A stretch of 64,000 nt of DNA from a virus: positions 110,751 through 174,750 of the IMG/VR virus record IMGVR_UViG_3300022848_000777. One strand, written 5' to 3'. A model generated the notes under the pieces. The model made no database searches and was not told where the DNA came from. It was given only the letters and a program-made list of their open reading frames with translations. Positions 34,313-46,000 of this stretch are shown here, in pieces. The position numbers and the translations under genes were made by a program. How positions within the stretch are numbered: the stretch's first letter is position 1; each line of letters starts with the position of its first letter.

Positions 34313-35070
34313 TTCATATCTTAGATGAAAATGAAATTACAAGTAATTATAAACTTTTAAGAGAGATTATATCCAATACTTTTAAAGGTGATCGGTTAAT
34401 TGCTTTGAATAATATGTATGATGTACTGGAAGAGAGAATCTTACTAACACCTGCATCTTCAACTGATTTTTTTCATAATGCCTTCGCTGGTGGTTATATA
34501 GATCATGTATTACGTGTTACACGTAATGCAGTAAACGTAATGAAACTTTATGAAGATTCCGAAATGGAGATTGGTGATTTTGATACTGAAACATTAATCT
34601 TTACAGCACTTCACCATGATTTAGGTAAGATTGGTAATGAAACTGAAAATTGGTACATACCTAATGATTCCCAATGGCATGTTGAGAATCAAGGTAAAAT
34701 ATATACCACAAATCCTAGTATGCATTACATGAATTTAAATGATCGTACTTTTTGGATGTTGAATCATTTTGGTATTAAGATTTCAGAGGTAGAGTATCTT
34801 GGGATCAAACTAACAGATGGGTTGTATGATGAATCTAATAAGCAATACTTTATATCATATAATAAAAACAATTATTTAAAGACATCATTACCGTTTATAA
34901 TGCATCAGGCTGACATTATGGCGGCAAGATATGAAAATGACCGATGGAGACGTGGGAGTGGGGTAGCATTACCTAAATCAACAGGTGGTCGTCCATCTAA
35001 AAAAGAAAAGCTAAGTTCGATCAAAATGGAATCGAAATTAGATTTTGATAGTATATTTAAAACGGATTAA
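34309..35070 (+). CDS. HD-domain phosphohydrolase
   Basis: PAS...HNAFAGGYIDHVL, LHHDLGKIG, HQAD. Confidence 0.88.
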   Translation: MIHILDENEITSNYKLLREIISNTFKGDRLIALNNMYDVLEERILLTPASSTDFFHNAFAGGYIDHVLRVTRNAVNVMKLYEDSEMEIGDFDTETLIFTALHHDLGKIGNETENWYIPNDSQWHVENQGKIYTTNPSMHYMNLNDRTFWMLNHFGIKISEVEYLGIKLTDGLYDESNKQYFISYNKNNYLKTSLPFIMHQADIMAARYENDRWRRGSGVALPKSTGGRPSKKEKLSSIKMESKLDFDSIFKTD

Positions 35071-35079
35071 AAATATAAT

Positions 35080-35382
35080 ATGGTAGCAACGATAGTAATT
35101 TTAGGAATTGTATTAAGTGTGTGTGTTTTTATAATATACAATCTTTTCAAAAAATTAGAAAAATTAGAAGATGAAAATGAAACAAATTATGGATTTTTTA
35201 TAGCAAGTTTTAATTCAATGAAATCAGCATATATGAAAATGAAGGATATTGATACATTGGGTTCATTTGAATCTGATGATGAATCTGGATCGATATTCGC
35301 TGAAATTAAATCCGCAATGAATTCACTTAATGATGAATTTAATTTAGATAATAATGTAGAAGAAACTGAGGGGAGAAATTAG
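35080..35382 (+). CDS. membrane-anchored protein
   Basis: N-terminal TM; GSFESDDE motif. Confidence 0.75.
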   Translation: MVATIVILGIVLSVCVFIIYNLFKKLEKLEDENETNYGFFIASFNSMKSAYMKMKDIDTLGSFESDDESGSIFAEIKSAMNSLNDEFNLDNNVEETEGRN

Positions 35383-35385
35383 AGA

Positions 35386-36111
35386 ATGGGGGAAGTTAAG
35401 AAAATAAAGAAAAGAAGAAGAAAAAAATCAAAACGGTATTTTACACATATAACACAAGTAGCAATATGTGCATACAATGGAACTGATGATCAACGGCTTA
35501 GAAATAAGATTTATAAACGATTTATACAATATCCATTTGATAAGTTAGCAGAAAATGCGATAAACACATTTAAAACAAAATATTTTAATGATTCATTCGA
35601 TGATGTAAAAGCTAATGTGGTGGCATTCCTTAATGAAAAGATACATATGTATATTCCTGAAAACGGTAAAGCATTTTCATACTTTACAGTTATATCTAGG
35701 CATTATCTATGGAATGAGAATAACAAAAATTATGATATTCTTAAGTCACGTGATACGTTAGAGGCTGTTGATTTATCTAGAGATATTGTAAATGAAGTTT
35801 ATTCAGAAAGTAGTAGAGAATATAAATCAGAATTTATTGATTTATTTTCAGAATACATTGATGTTAATTTGAATACGTTATTTTCTAAACAACGTGATAG
35901 ATCGATTGCTGATAGTGTAAATGAGTTATTTAAACGTAGGCATAATTTATATTCTTATAACAAAAAAGCACTGTATATACTTATTAGAGAACGAACTAAT
36001 GTCAATACTCAATACATAACTCGCGTTGTTAACATATTAAAAACCTTATATCTAAAGTTATACACTGAGTACAATGCAAATGGACATATAAAAATAAAAA
36101 TAGATGGATAA
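35386..36111 (+). CDS. putative late sigma factor (gp55-like)
   Basis: region-2-like KIHMYIPENGKAFSYFTVISRHYL; located ahead of the structural genes. Confidence 0.6.
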   Translation: MGEVKKIKKRRRKKSKRYFTHITQVAICAYNGTDDQRLRNKIYKRFIQYPFDKLAENAINTFKTKYFNDSFDDVKANVVAFLNEKIHMYIPENGKAFSYFTVISRHYLWNENNKNYDILKSRDTLEAVDLSRDIVNEVYSESSREYKSEFIDLFSEYIDVNLNTLFSKQRDRSIADSVNELFKRRHNLYSYNKKALYILIRERTNVNTQYITRVVNILKTLYLKLYTEYNANGHIKIKIDG

Positions 36112-36469
36112 GGATACAGAATTATTTAAAGGTAAATCATTTTCTGATTTAATGTCTCATATATATGACAATTCTAAAAAGAAAGATAGGCAGCTTAAAC
36201 TATTAATAGCAACGTTAGAACCATTAGTTAAAGATCTTAATGATGCGACAGTGGTGGTTCCACTTATAAAAGAATATATGGAAATCGCTGTAAAGAATGA
36301 TGAGCAGATTGTTAAGTTGGCAGCTATTGTGCAACGTATGTTAAAGGATTCTAGTTCTGGTAATGATGATTCATTTGGATTGTCAGATGAAGAAAAGAAA
36401 CAACTTCTGAGTAACGCAAGAGAAATTGATAATAAAATTGATTTACTTAAAAAGAGTGAGGGTGATTAA
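36104..36469 (+). CDS. conserved helical phage protein
   Basis: VPLIKEYMEIAVKNDEQIVKLA. Confidence 0.75.
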   Translation: MDKDTELFKGKSFSDLMSHIYDNSKKKDRQLKLLIATLEPLVKDLNDATVVVPLIKEYMEIAVKNDEQIVKLAAIVQRMLKDSSSGNDDSFGLSDEEKKQLLSNAREIDNKIDLLKKSEGD

Positions 36470-37470
36470 TGTCTAATTTTTCATTAAATACTGGAATAGT
36501 TAAAAGTATAATTTTAAAAGATGATAATAGCAATTCGGTAAATTCTATTGGGGTTCATGTAGAGAATATCCCTAATAAATTAATCACAGCATACCCTTAT
36601 GATTCTAATATAAAAAAAGTACCTTTAATGGGTGAGGCTGTATTATTAGTAAAATCGCATGATGGTAGTTCAAAACCAACCAACAAAACTTCCAATACTA
36701 GATATTATTACTTAAACCCGATTTCATTACAAAACAGTATTCATAATAATGCGCTTCCTGGATCTAAAACAATCAAAGTTGTAGATCGAAATTTAGAATA
36801 CCAATCAACTCAAACTGGAAATCCAAATACATCAAGGTTAAAATCAAATAAATATAATTTAGGAAATGGTTTTGTGGAAGTGAGTGGGATAAACCAATTG
36901 CAACCATTTATAGGTGATGTTATTATAGAAGGTAGATTTGGACATTCCCTTCGATTTGGATACACACCAAAGAATAGTGATACTACTCTCAGACCTTCTT
37001 GGAAATCGGCTAAAGTTGAAGAACCAATAATCATATTATCAAATGGTAGAAAATCATCTAAAGGTTCTAATAAATATACCATAGAGGATGTAAATGATGA
37101 TTTATCATCAATCTGGCTAACATCTTCTCAAAATCTACCAATATCAACAGCTCAATCATTAGCATTGGGAGTGATACCGCAGAAAAGTTTTAATAAACCA
37201 ACTATACTTATCAACTCTGATAGGATAATTTTAAATTCTAAATCAGATTATATAATATTATCAGCTAAAAAATCAGTCAATATATCAACACCAAATTGGG
37301 CAGCTGATATGGATAAGATGTTCACTATATTAGAAAGTGTTATACAACAATTAGCAGATTTAGTATCAGCTAAAGCAACCTTTGCAACAGGCGCAGGCCC
37401 AACTGGTGTAGCAACTAATCTACCACAAGTTCAAAAATTGTTAGCGGATCTCAAATTAATGGCACAATAA
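36469..37470 (+). CDS. baseplate spike/hub (gp5/gpV-like)
   Basis: VPLMGEAVLLV OB-fold motif, GDVIIEGRFGHSLRFG, beta-helix-like ILINSDRIILNS. Confidence 0.7.
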   Translation: MSNFSLNTGIVKSIILKDDNSNSVNSIGVHVENIPNKLITAYPYDSNIKKVPLMGEAVLLVKSHDGSSKPTNKTSNTRYYYLNPISLQNSIHNNALPGSKTIKVVDRNLEYQSTQTGNPNTSRLKSNKYNLGNGFVEVSGINQLQPFIGDVIIEGRFGHSLRFGYTPKNSDTTLRPSWKSAKVEEPIIILSNGRKSSKGSNKYTIEDVNDDLSSIWLTSSQNLPISTAQSLALGVIPQKSFNKPTILINSDRIILNSKSDYIILSAKKSVNISTPNWAADMDKMFTILESVIQQLADLVSAKATFATGAGPTGVATNLPQVQKLLADLKLMAQ

Positions 37471-37472
37471 AT

Positions 37473-38042
37473 ATGCCAGCAAATTGGAGTACATTCGTAA
37501 ATACAGTAGCACCTTTTTTAGATAGTGCCGTTCCCAAAACCGAAAGAGACACTGCCCGTGTCATATCAAATTCTTATAAAGCATCAACATCAATGGTGTC
37601 TATTTCTAATATAATTGGATCAATTCCAATATTAACACCACCTACTATATTGATGGAAAATGCAATACTTGATGTATTTAATAAAACAAAACAATCAGGC
37701 CGTAAATCAATTCCACCGTATTATATTAAGTGGGCAAACGAACTATCATCGTATTGGTTACAAACTAAATGGAATCCACTTCCACCACCAATTGGATATG
37801 TGGGCCCGATTACAGGGGTAAATACTCAATTCGGTGGAATCGTAACAACTCTTAGTGTTAACCTGTTCAATGCATTTAATAACCCACCTTCACCCGTACC
37901 ATTGGGAAATATTATATGCGCAAAATTAGTCACTGCATTTCAAATACATCTACTAACTATTACAGGATTATACATTGGAACTATACCATCACCAAATGGC
38001 CCTATACCAGGCCCACCATTTCCTTGGATTGGTATAGTGTAA
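37473..38042 (+). CDS. Pro-rich virion/baseplate-associated protein
   Basis: 189 aa next to the spike gene. Confidence 0.6.
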   Translation: MPANWSTFVNTVAPFLDSAVPKTERDTARVISNSYKASTSMVSISNIIGSIPILTPPTILMENAILDVFNKTKQSGRKSIPPYYIKWANELSSYWLQTKWNPLPPPIGYVGPITGVNTQFGGIVTTLSVNLFNAFNNPPSPVPLGNIICAKLVTAFQIHLLTITGLYIGTIPSPNGPIPGPPFPWIGIV

Positions 38043-38079
38043 AACAAATGAATTATATATTTATATAAAAGAACGTATT

Positions 38080-38520
38080 ATGAAAGTATCGAAATTTAAG
38101 CAAATAATTGAAAACGCAGTAAAAAAGGCAGTGAAAGAGGAAATGAAATCTTTTTTAAATGAAATTGCCAAACCATCTGATGATGACATCATAGATGGTA
38201 TAACTGATCAATCGGGTAATCAATTAATTGAAAACGAAAATATAAAAGAACAGAAGTTTGCTGCAAACTCGACTTTAAATCGAATGCTAAACGAAACTTA
38301 TATTCAAAATGAATGGAAAGATGTAAATGGCGAAGGTGGTCTTACATCAAAAAATGCAATGTCTTTTGATAAGAATGGTGTAACACAATCAATACCAACT
38401 AACGACATAGATGGTCGGCCTGTGGATGTAGAATCTTTACCAGATGGTGTTAAAAATATGTTCACTAAGGATTATTCAAAAATATTGAAAAAATCTAAAG
38501 AAAGAAGTTTAAGTAAATAA
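38080..38520 (+). CDS. hypothetical structural-region protein
   Basis: 146 aa; TATTTATA at 38058. Confidence 0.7.
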   Translation: MKVSKFKQIIENAVKKAVKEEMKSFLNEIAKPSDDDIIDGITDQSGNQLIENENIKEQKFAANSTLNRMLNETYIQNEWKDVNGEGGLTSKNAMSFDKNGVTQSIPTNDIDGRPVDVESLPDGVKNMFTKDYSKILKKSKERSLSK

Positions 38521-38530
38521 AGGATAACTA

Positions 38531-38968
38531 ATGGCTAGACGTAAGGAATATTTTTATGATCCTATTGATTTAAAGAAAGACACAGCAGTTGGTATTACTT
38601 TGCCATTTGGTAAAAAATCTGGACTTTTTAAACTAAGTTATACTACTGAGGAACAAGCTGTGTCAAATCTTAAAAACTTACTTCTTACCAAAAAAGGTGA
38701 GAGACCCTTTCAGCCTGAATTTGGTAGTAGGATTTATGAATTGTTATTTGAGCAATTAACACCAGATATTGAAAATGACTTAAATGAAAACATTAGAGAG
38801 GATATTGAATTTTGGCTACCATATATTATAGTAAGTGAATTACAAGCCACAATTATTGAAGATAAAAATTACGTTAAAGTAAAATTAAGATTTCGAGTTA
38901 CAGAACAGGGAGCTAATCAGCAGATAATTATATTAGTAGATTCATCTGGGTTTGTAAATATAGAGTAA
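38531..38968 (+). CDS. baseplate wedge protein, gp25/gpW-like
   Basis: NLKNLLLTKKGERPFQPEFGS..LLFE. Confidence 0.9.
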   Translation: MARRKEYFYDPIDLKKDTAVGITLPFGKKSGLFKLSYTTEEQAVSNLKNLLLTKKGERPFQPEFGSRIYELLFEQLTPDIENDLNENIREDIEFWLPYIIVSELQATIIEDKNYVKVKLRFRVTEQGANQQIIILVDSSGFVNIE

Positions 38969-38980
38969 TGGAGATTATAA

Positions 38981-40912
38981 ATGGTAAATGATAATAAATT
39001 AGTAAATAAAGATGTACGGTTAATAGGTAGAGATTTCGGTCAATTTAGAAAATTGCTAATCGAGTTTTCTAAAAACTATTTTCCAAATACGTATAATGAT
39101 TTTAATGAATCATCCCCTGGTATGATGTTTATTGAAATGGCATCGTACATCGGTGATGTCCTATCATTTTATACAGATACGCAGTTAAGAGAATCGTTAA
39201 TTACCAATGCGGAAGAACGATCAAATGTATTTAATTTAGCCTCTGCATATGGGTATAAACCCAAAAATGTGGTACAATCTACAGTTGAATTAGAAATATA
39301 TCAATTAGTTCCTGCAATCGGAACTGGGGATGATGTTAAGCCTGATTTTAGATACGCACTAACAGTTAACCCTAAAATGGCAGTGGGGTCTACTCAATTT
39401 AGGAATACTGAATTTAGAACTATAAAATCAGTCGATTTCTCAAAATCATCCTCATTTGACCCTACTGAGATATCAGTTTATCAAATAGATGATTCGACAA
39501 ATGAACCAATATATTATTTACTTAAAAAGAAAGTAAATGCTGTCAGTGGTCGTGAAGTTGAATTACAATACACATTCGATAATCCACGAATATATGATAA
39601 GATTCGTATCAATGAAGAGAATATTATAGGTATAAAATCCATCATCGATTCAGATGGTGATAGTTGGACTGAGGTTCCATACTTAGCACAAGATACTGTA
39701 TTTGAGCAAGTAACTAATGATGATGAAAATTCTACAAACTTACATCAGTATAATGATCAGACTCCATATTTATTGAGGTTAAACCGAGTTCCAAAACGAT
39801 TTATTACAAGGTTTGATGATTCTGATGAATTAGTCATACAATTTGGAGCGGGTGTATCAGCAAATGCCGATGAAGAAATTCTACCAAATCCTGACAATGT
39901 TGGGTCGGCTCTATATAATGCCACATCAAATATAGACCAAGGCATAGATCCATCTAACTTCTTATATACAAAAACGTATGGAGCAGCACCATCAAACACC
40001 ACATTAACAGTGACATATCTAATAGGTAATGGGGTTCAGGACAATGTACCTCAGAAAGATTTAACTACTATTATAGGTAGAACGTTTGGAAATGATAATA
40101 CTTCTCAGTTAGATTCTAACCTATTAAGGTTTTCTCAAAAATCATTAGCAGTATCAAATCCTAAACCAGCACGTGGTGCTAGGAGTGAGGAAACTCTTGA
40201 TGAGATAAGAAATAATGCTATGGCATATTTCGGAGCACAGAATAGAAGTGTTACTAAAGAAGATTATGTTATGAGGTGTTATTCACTACCACCCCAATTT
40301 GGTTCAATTTCTAAAGCACATCTGATTCAAGATTATAAACTACGTACTGATTTAAGTAATAGTTCGATTGGTGATGAAATATTAAACCCATTAGCACTTA
40401 ATCTATATACATTGGGATTTGATAGTAACAAAAAGTTAACTCAATTAAATTTAGCGACTAAAACTAATTTAAAAAATTACATATCACACTATAGATTATT
40501 AACTGATGCGGTTAATATTAAAGATGCCTACATAGTTAACATAGCAATTGATTTTGAGATAATAGTGTTACCTAATCATAATTCAAATGAAGTTTTATTG
40601 AAATGTATTGATAAATTAAAAAAATACTTTAATATTGATAATTGGTCTGTAGGTCAGCCTATTAATATATCTAAATTATATGTTTTGTTGGATGGTGTTT
40701 CTGGTGTACAAACTGTAGTTAGACCTAATAACAACGAACAGGGTGGTTTACGTATTACTAATAAGTATAATGGTAATTATTCACCCAATAAATATAGTAT
40801 ATCCAATGCTACTAAGAATGGGATAGTATATCCACCAAAAGATCCATCAATATTTGAAATTAAATTCCCAGATACCGACATTAGAGGAAGAGTGGTATCT
40901 TTATCATTTTAA
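38981..40912 (+). CDS. baseplate wedge protein, gp6/gpJ-like
   Basis: YNDFNESSPGMMFIEMASYIGDVLSFYTD; AQNRSVTKEDY. Confidence 0.9.
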   Translation: MVNDNKLVNKDVRLIGRDFGQFRKLLIEFSKNYFPNTYNDFNESSPGMMFIEMASYIGDVLSFYTDTQLRESLITNAEERSNVFNLASAYGYKPKNVVQSTVELEIYQLVPAIGTGDDVKPDFRYALTVNPKMAVGSTQFRNTEFRTIKSVDFSKSSSFDPTEISVYQIDDSTNEPIYYLLKKKVNAVSGREVELQYTFDNPRIYDKIRINEENIIGIKSIIDSDGDSWTEVPYLAQDTVFEQVTNDDENSTNLHQYNDQTPYLLRLNRVPKRFITRFDDSDELVIQFGAGVSANADEEILPNPDNVGSALYNATSNIDQGIDPSNFLYTKTYGAAPSNTTLTVTYLIGNGVQDNVPQKDLTTIIGRTFGNDNTSQLDSNLLRFSQKSLAVSNPKPARGARSEETLDEIRNNAMAYFGAQNRSVTKEDYVMRCYSLPPQFGSISKAHLIQDYKLRTDLSNSSIGDEILNPLALNLYTLGFDSNKKLTQLNLATKTNLKNYISHYRLLTDAVNIKDAYIVNIAIDFEIIVLPNHNSNEVLLKCIDKLKKYFNIDNWSVGQPINISKLYVLLDGVSGVQTVVRPNNNEQGGLRITNKYNGNYSPNKYSISNATKNGIVYPPKDPSIFEIKFPDTDIRGRVVSLSF

Positions 40913-40922
40913 AGGTTAAACT

Positions 40923-42026
40923 ATGATTTACAGAACATATGCACAAAAAGATTCTACAATCTACGAACAATCAGAACGTATGGATCAAAACACTGGTAAT
41001 GATGAAATTTTAGAAGTAACTAAGTTCTTCGAATCTGAAATAGATTCAAATAACTTCATTGGTAATAGTCGAATTTTGATTAAATTCAACTTAACTGATA
41101 TGTCATCATCTTTATCTAATAATGAAATATCTGGAAGTTCTATAAAGTATTATTTAAATTTAACATCAACTGAGCAAAGTGAAGTTCAATCTGAATATCA
41201 ATTAGATATATTCCCTTTAGTTGAAAGTTGGGATAATGGTATTGGTCAATTCCACTATACACCGCAAGTCACAAATGGTGTGTCTTGGCGATATCGAAAT
41301 GATTCTACATTATGGGATACTGGAAGTACATTATTAGATACCACATCATCTTATTACAAATCAAATGGTGGTGGTGTTTGGTACACATCTTCAACGGTAA
41401 ATACTACATCATCGCAGACATTTAATAGTTATACTAATAATTTAAGAGTTGATGTTACTGATTATGTAAATGATTGGATTAGTGGTGTTAGGGATAATAA
41501 TGGATTTATTATTAAACGGCCTAATATATCTGAGACTGGTTCACTTAGATTTGGATCATCAAAATTCTTTTCAAATGAAACCCATACAATATATGTACCG
41601 ACTTTAGAAATAAATTGGGACAATACTATATTCGATACAGGCTCGTTAAATGAAGTGAATGATGTTGATCTAATACTATACCCCAAAAACTTAAATAGGT
41701 ATTATAAAGAGGGATCTAAGGCAAGAATACGAGTAGTTGGGAGAGAACGATTTAGAGAAAGAACGTTTGCTACCTCATCATTATACAATACTTTAAAGTA
41801 TTTACCTGAAAGTACATACTATCAATTACGGGATGTTGAAACAAATCTAGCAATAATTCCATTCGATGATATTTATACTAAAGTGGGATGTGATTCAGAT
41901 GGTAATTATTTCGACTTTTGGTTTAATACATTACAATCGGAAAGATTTTATCAGTTTGAATTTAAAGTAGTTCGTGGTAGTAAGGAAGAATATTTTGATG
42001 GGTACGTTTTTAAAGTAATACGATAG
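40923..42026 (+). CDS. DNRLRE-like domain virion protein
   Basis: KDSTIYE..NTGNDEILEV..SRILIKFNL..NNGFIIK..PTLEI. Confidence 0.65.
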   Translation: MIYRTYAQKDSTIYEQSERMDQNTGNDEILEVTKFFESEIDSNNFIGNSRILIKFNLTDMSSSLSNNEISGSSIKYYLNLTSTEQSEVQSEYQLDIFPLVESWDNGIGQFHYTPQVTNGVSWRYRNDSTLWDTGSTLLDTTSSYYKSNGGGVWYTSSTVNTTSSQTFNSYTNNLRVDVTDYVNDWISGVRDNNGFIIKRPNISETGSLRFGSSKFFSNETHTIYVPTLEINWDNTIFDTGSLNEVNDVDLILYPKNLNRYYKEGSKARIRVVGRERFRERTFATSSLYNTLKYLPESTYYQLRDVETNLAIIPFDDIYTKVGCDSDGNYFDFWFNTLQSERFYQFEFKVVRGSKEEYFDGYVFKVIR

Positions 42027-43022
42027 ATGGCAGATACAGTAAGAAGAAATTCATTTAACCAAATAATATCATATACTAAATTGGATGGTGATATATCACC
42101 ATACCCAAAAATGGAATTACCTGCTCAAAAATCAACGTATAGTGTAGATTCGTTTAATAAATTTATAGATACGGATATTGATGAAATGTTAATTCCAGTT
42201 GAGGAATCTAATTTAACAGTAATAAATTTAAATATAATATCCATCTCTAACTTAGTTGATACTGATGAAACTTTAGTAAATGATTTCAATTGGAGTGGGG
42301 AGATCGTTCAGCTCGGATTTTCTTATGATGTAGGTAGTCCATCTTATTATTATATAGAAAATGAAATTTACCATAAATTACCATCAAGTCTCATAATAAA
42401 CCTTGTCGCTGAAAAGTTAGGTAAACCATTTTTCTTCAAAGTTGGAGAGGATTATGAATATAGTGATGATCCTGATAATCAATATCGATATTTAGATTAT
42501 GGTCAGAATCAATATATCATATATGATGATATTGGTAGATCTCCAAATAGGATGTACGAACGAAAAAGTTCTGGATATTTAGATAGTTTTCGACGTGGGT
42601 TAGATGTCATTCTAACTGATATAATAGTTGGTAATAATAAGGTAATGGATCTTGATTTTATTTACGATGATAGTATTATAGTAGATTTTCAAGGTGAATC
42701 TGCTGAGTATTTTTATGGTATAGAGTTTGGAAACGATGTCTCTACCCGTGTTGAGTTTAAAAAGAGAATTGACAATAAGTTAAGGCAAACTATATTGAGA
42801 CCTGAATCTGATTTAAATTATAAATTTACAAGATTAGTTGAAAATATGAACCCTAATATTGAGTTTTCATTACAATTATTATATCAAAATGGTGAAACTA
42901 CTAACTTACCTTTAGATGAATTTGATAGTTCGGCATCAATTGGTACGGTTGCGTTAGGTGCTATTAATGGTAATCTAATAACGGATACATTAAAACAAAT
43001 TAAAATCATAGTGAGTATATAA
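42027..43022 (+). CDS. hypothetical structural protein
   Basis: 331 aa within the baseplate operon. Confidence 0.7.
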   Translation: MADTVRRNSFNQIISYTKLDGDISPYPKMELPAQKSTYSVDSFNKFIDTDIDEMLIPVEESNLTVINLNIISISNLVDTDETLVNDFNWSGEIVQLGFSYDVGSPSYYYIENEIYHKLPSSLIINLVAEKLGKPFFFKVGEDYEYSDDPDNQYRYLDYGQNQYIIYDDIGRSPNRMYERKSSGYLDSFRRGLDVILTDIIVGNNKVMDLDFIYDDSIIVDFQGESAEYFYGIEFGNDVSTRVEFKKRIDNKLRQTILRPESDLNYKFTRLVENMNPNIEFSLQLLYQNGETTNLPLDEFDSSASIGTVALGAINGNLITDTLKQIKIIVSI

Positions 43023-46000
43023 TGGCAATTAATAGGTTTAGTAATAAAAATATACTGATTGATTCTAAACAACCAATAGATCATGCTCAAATTTATGATG
43101 ATTCTATTTTAAATAAATTAGATATTAGTAATGTATCATTGACTGATTCGCACTTTCCACCTCAATCAAAAATTGAGTATCACATATATTCTGAAAATAA
43201 CCATTTGGGTGGTTCTGAATATCCAATAAATACTAATATTAATGATGGTGCTGAGTTTGATTATACAATTGATATCAACCCAGAAAATGATGTAAGATCG
43301 AATGGTGTTGGTAATGGTAATTATACTTTAGTATATAATTTCTTAAATACTATGATTTCCGATATGGATATGGATAGTATTTCAGCAGATGGAACTGAGA
43401 TTCAATTATCAATATCAAATCCAATCGATTCATCTAAGTTAAAATCAATTTATGATTTTTTAAATAAACCAACTGATTTTAAACATGAATTTGCATTAAA
43501 TTTTGGCAACAACGAAATAGAACCAATTGTTGGTATTTATTTTGATAACAACAAACGTGTTGGTGAGAGTGTAAGGGATATACAATTCCCTAGAACGCGT
43601 TTTAATCAAAAGGATACTAGATTTTATCCAACTGATTCTGGTGATTGGGTAGAGGTTATTTTACCTATTCAAAAATCCGAAAGCGAATCTGAACAATCGT
43701 TATCAGAGACAGAACTACCTATTGAATTTATAACAACTGGAAGAACTGCGAGATTTGAATTAATTGTTAATGAAAATAATAATATAATCTTTCAACAGGA
43801 ACTAGATGGTAATTTTAATCCTATATTTTATACAGATGATGCAGATGTTGAGGATAGAGTATCTTCAATTAGTGCAAATTTAAACTTAACAGATGATCTA
43901 AAGGGGCAACCTACTTATGCTACAGTTAGATATTTCGATAATTCATTATTAAATCTAAATGGATTAACTAATATAATAGTTAAATTATACAGAGGAATTT
44001 CATCTGGATTAGAAAATGAACAACCATCTATTGATTTAGTACTAAGAGATTCTTATATAGACCGTGTTTTGGTTTACCCTACAACAACTGTAGAAAAACA
44101 AACAGATTTTTCTGCACCCGATTTCGCAATTGATTCGGGGAATTATGGAAAATCACAAGGAACTTCATTAAAAAGTTGGAATGATTTATTAGATACTAAC
44201 CAAATAACATCTAATCAAATAGTTAATAATAACTTTTCTAGCTCATTTGGTAATACAAAATTAAACATCGATTATACTGATTTTAAAAACTTTGTAAAAT
44301 ACTCATCAGCAGTAGAGCGTGTTCATAACTTTAAATATAAATTACAATTAATTGAAAACTACGATCTTAGAATATCAACATTGGAATCTATATCGGGCTC
44401 AAATGCGATAACCAATATATCACAATCTATGAATAGGCGTGATATTCTGATCGGTGATTTAGATGGTTGGGAAAATTGGATGTATTATGAATCGACTGGA
44501 TCATTATATACACATTATAGTTCATCTGCATTTACATTTGAACCGTGGCCTAAAAAATCATCATCACCTACATCATTTCCACTAAAGTTGTATACAACAA
44601 CATCTTCAATAGCTGAAACTTATTTTAATGGGTTGTTATCCACTGCTAGTTACTATGATTCTACAAATGATTCAATGTTAACAAAAGTTACACCATCATC
44701 TATTGCAGAGGATGATTTAAATCAAGATTACTTACTTTTCTTAAATATGATTGGTCAGTATTTTGATGTTGTTTGGAATTATGTTAACTCATTAACTAAT
44801 ATAAATTCAAGAGAAGAACATCCACTTGATGGTATGTCTGATGAATTACTTTATAATGTTGCATCATCAATGGGGTGGCAGTTAACACACTCAAAGCAGA
44901 GAAGTGAACTTTGGAGATATTTCATAGGAACTGATAAATCAGGAAATCCCATGCAGAGTGGATCGTTGGCATCTAAATCTGAAAAGCAGATGAATAGTGA
45001 GGTGTGGCGACGAATTGTTAATAACATACCACATTTACTTAAAACAAAAGGTACCCGTAGAAGTGTAAAAGCACTTATGTCAATGTATGGTATACCACAA
45101 TCATTCTTATCAATTAGAGAATATGGTGGGCCTGTAATTGATGAATCTGAAACTCAATTATATTGGGAGCATGATAAATTTGTGTATCATCTTAATTTTG
45201 ATGGTGATAATTATTTAAAGACTGTTTGGGACAAGACTTCAACTTTTAATGGATCTGATTATAGTTTTAATGAATATAAAATTCCAGATGCTATTGAATT
45301 ACAATTTCAACAAAATACAAAAGATACTGTAAGTTTAATAAGTAAGGGATCTGATTTCGCAATTATACTTGAAGAAACTGGATCATCAACTAATCGTGGT
45401 AATATTCACTTTCATTTAAGTGGTTCATCGGGATATAAATCATCATCTATTATAGATGTTCCTTTGTTTGATAGTAAAATGTCAACTATAGTAATACAAA
45501 GAAATGTTAGTACATCCTCAATAACCACAGATAATTCATACAGCCTTATATACAAACGTGGATTTAGAGATCAATTAACTGTAAGTACTTCATCTAAGTT
45601 AATAATAGATGGTTCGACTGAATCATCTTATAATGCGGCTTGGACATCTAGTGGTGATTTAATTATTGGTAGTGGTAGTTTACCCACCGATGGTACTACA
45701 CCATCATTATGGGATAATGTCGGTTCACTATCAGGTAAGATTCAAGAATTAAGAATTTGGGAAAATGCACTTATAGATTCAGTTATTACAGATCATACAT
45801 TGGCAAGAAATATGTATAATGGTAATACACATACTTCATCATATTTTGATTTGAAGATGCGATTTATACCAGATTCTCAATTAAAATCTATAGTGGGTAC
45901 AACTGGTGTGGTATCACGGCACCCTAATCAGCAAATCTCAACTACTGAAAATGGTAGTATTATATCAGCATCATTATATAACTTTGAATCTGATGATTTA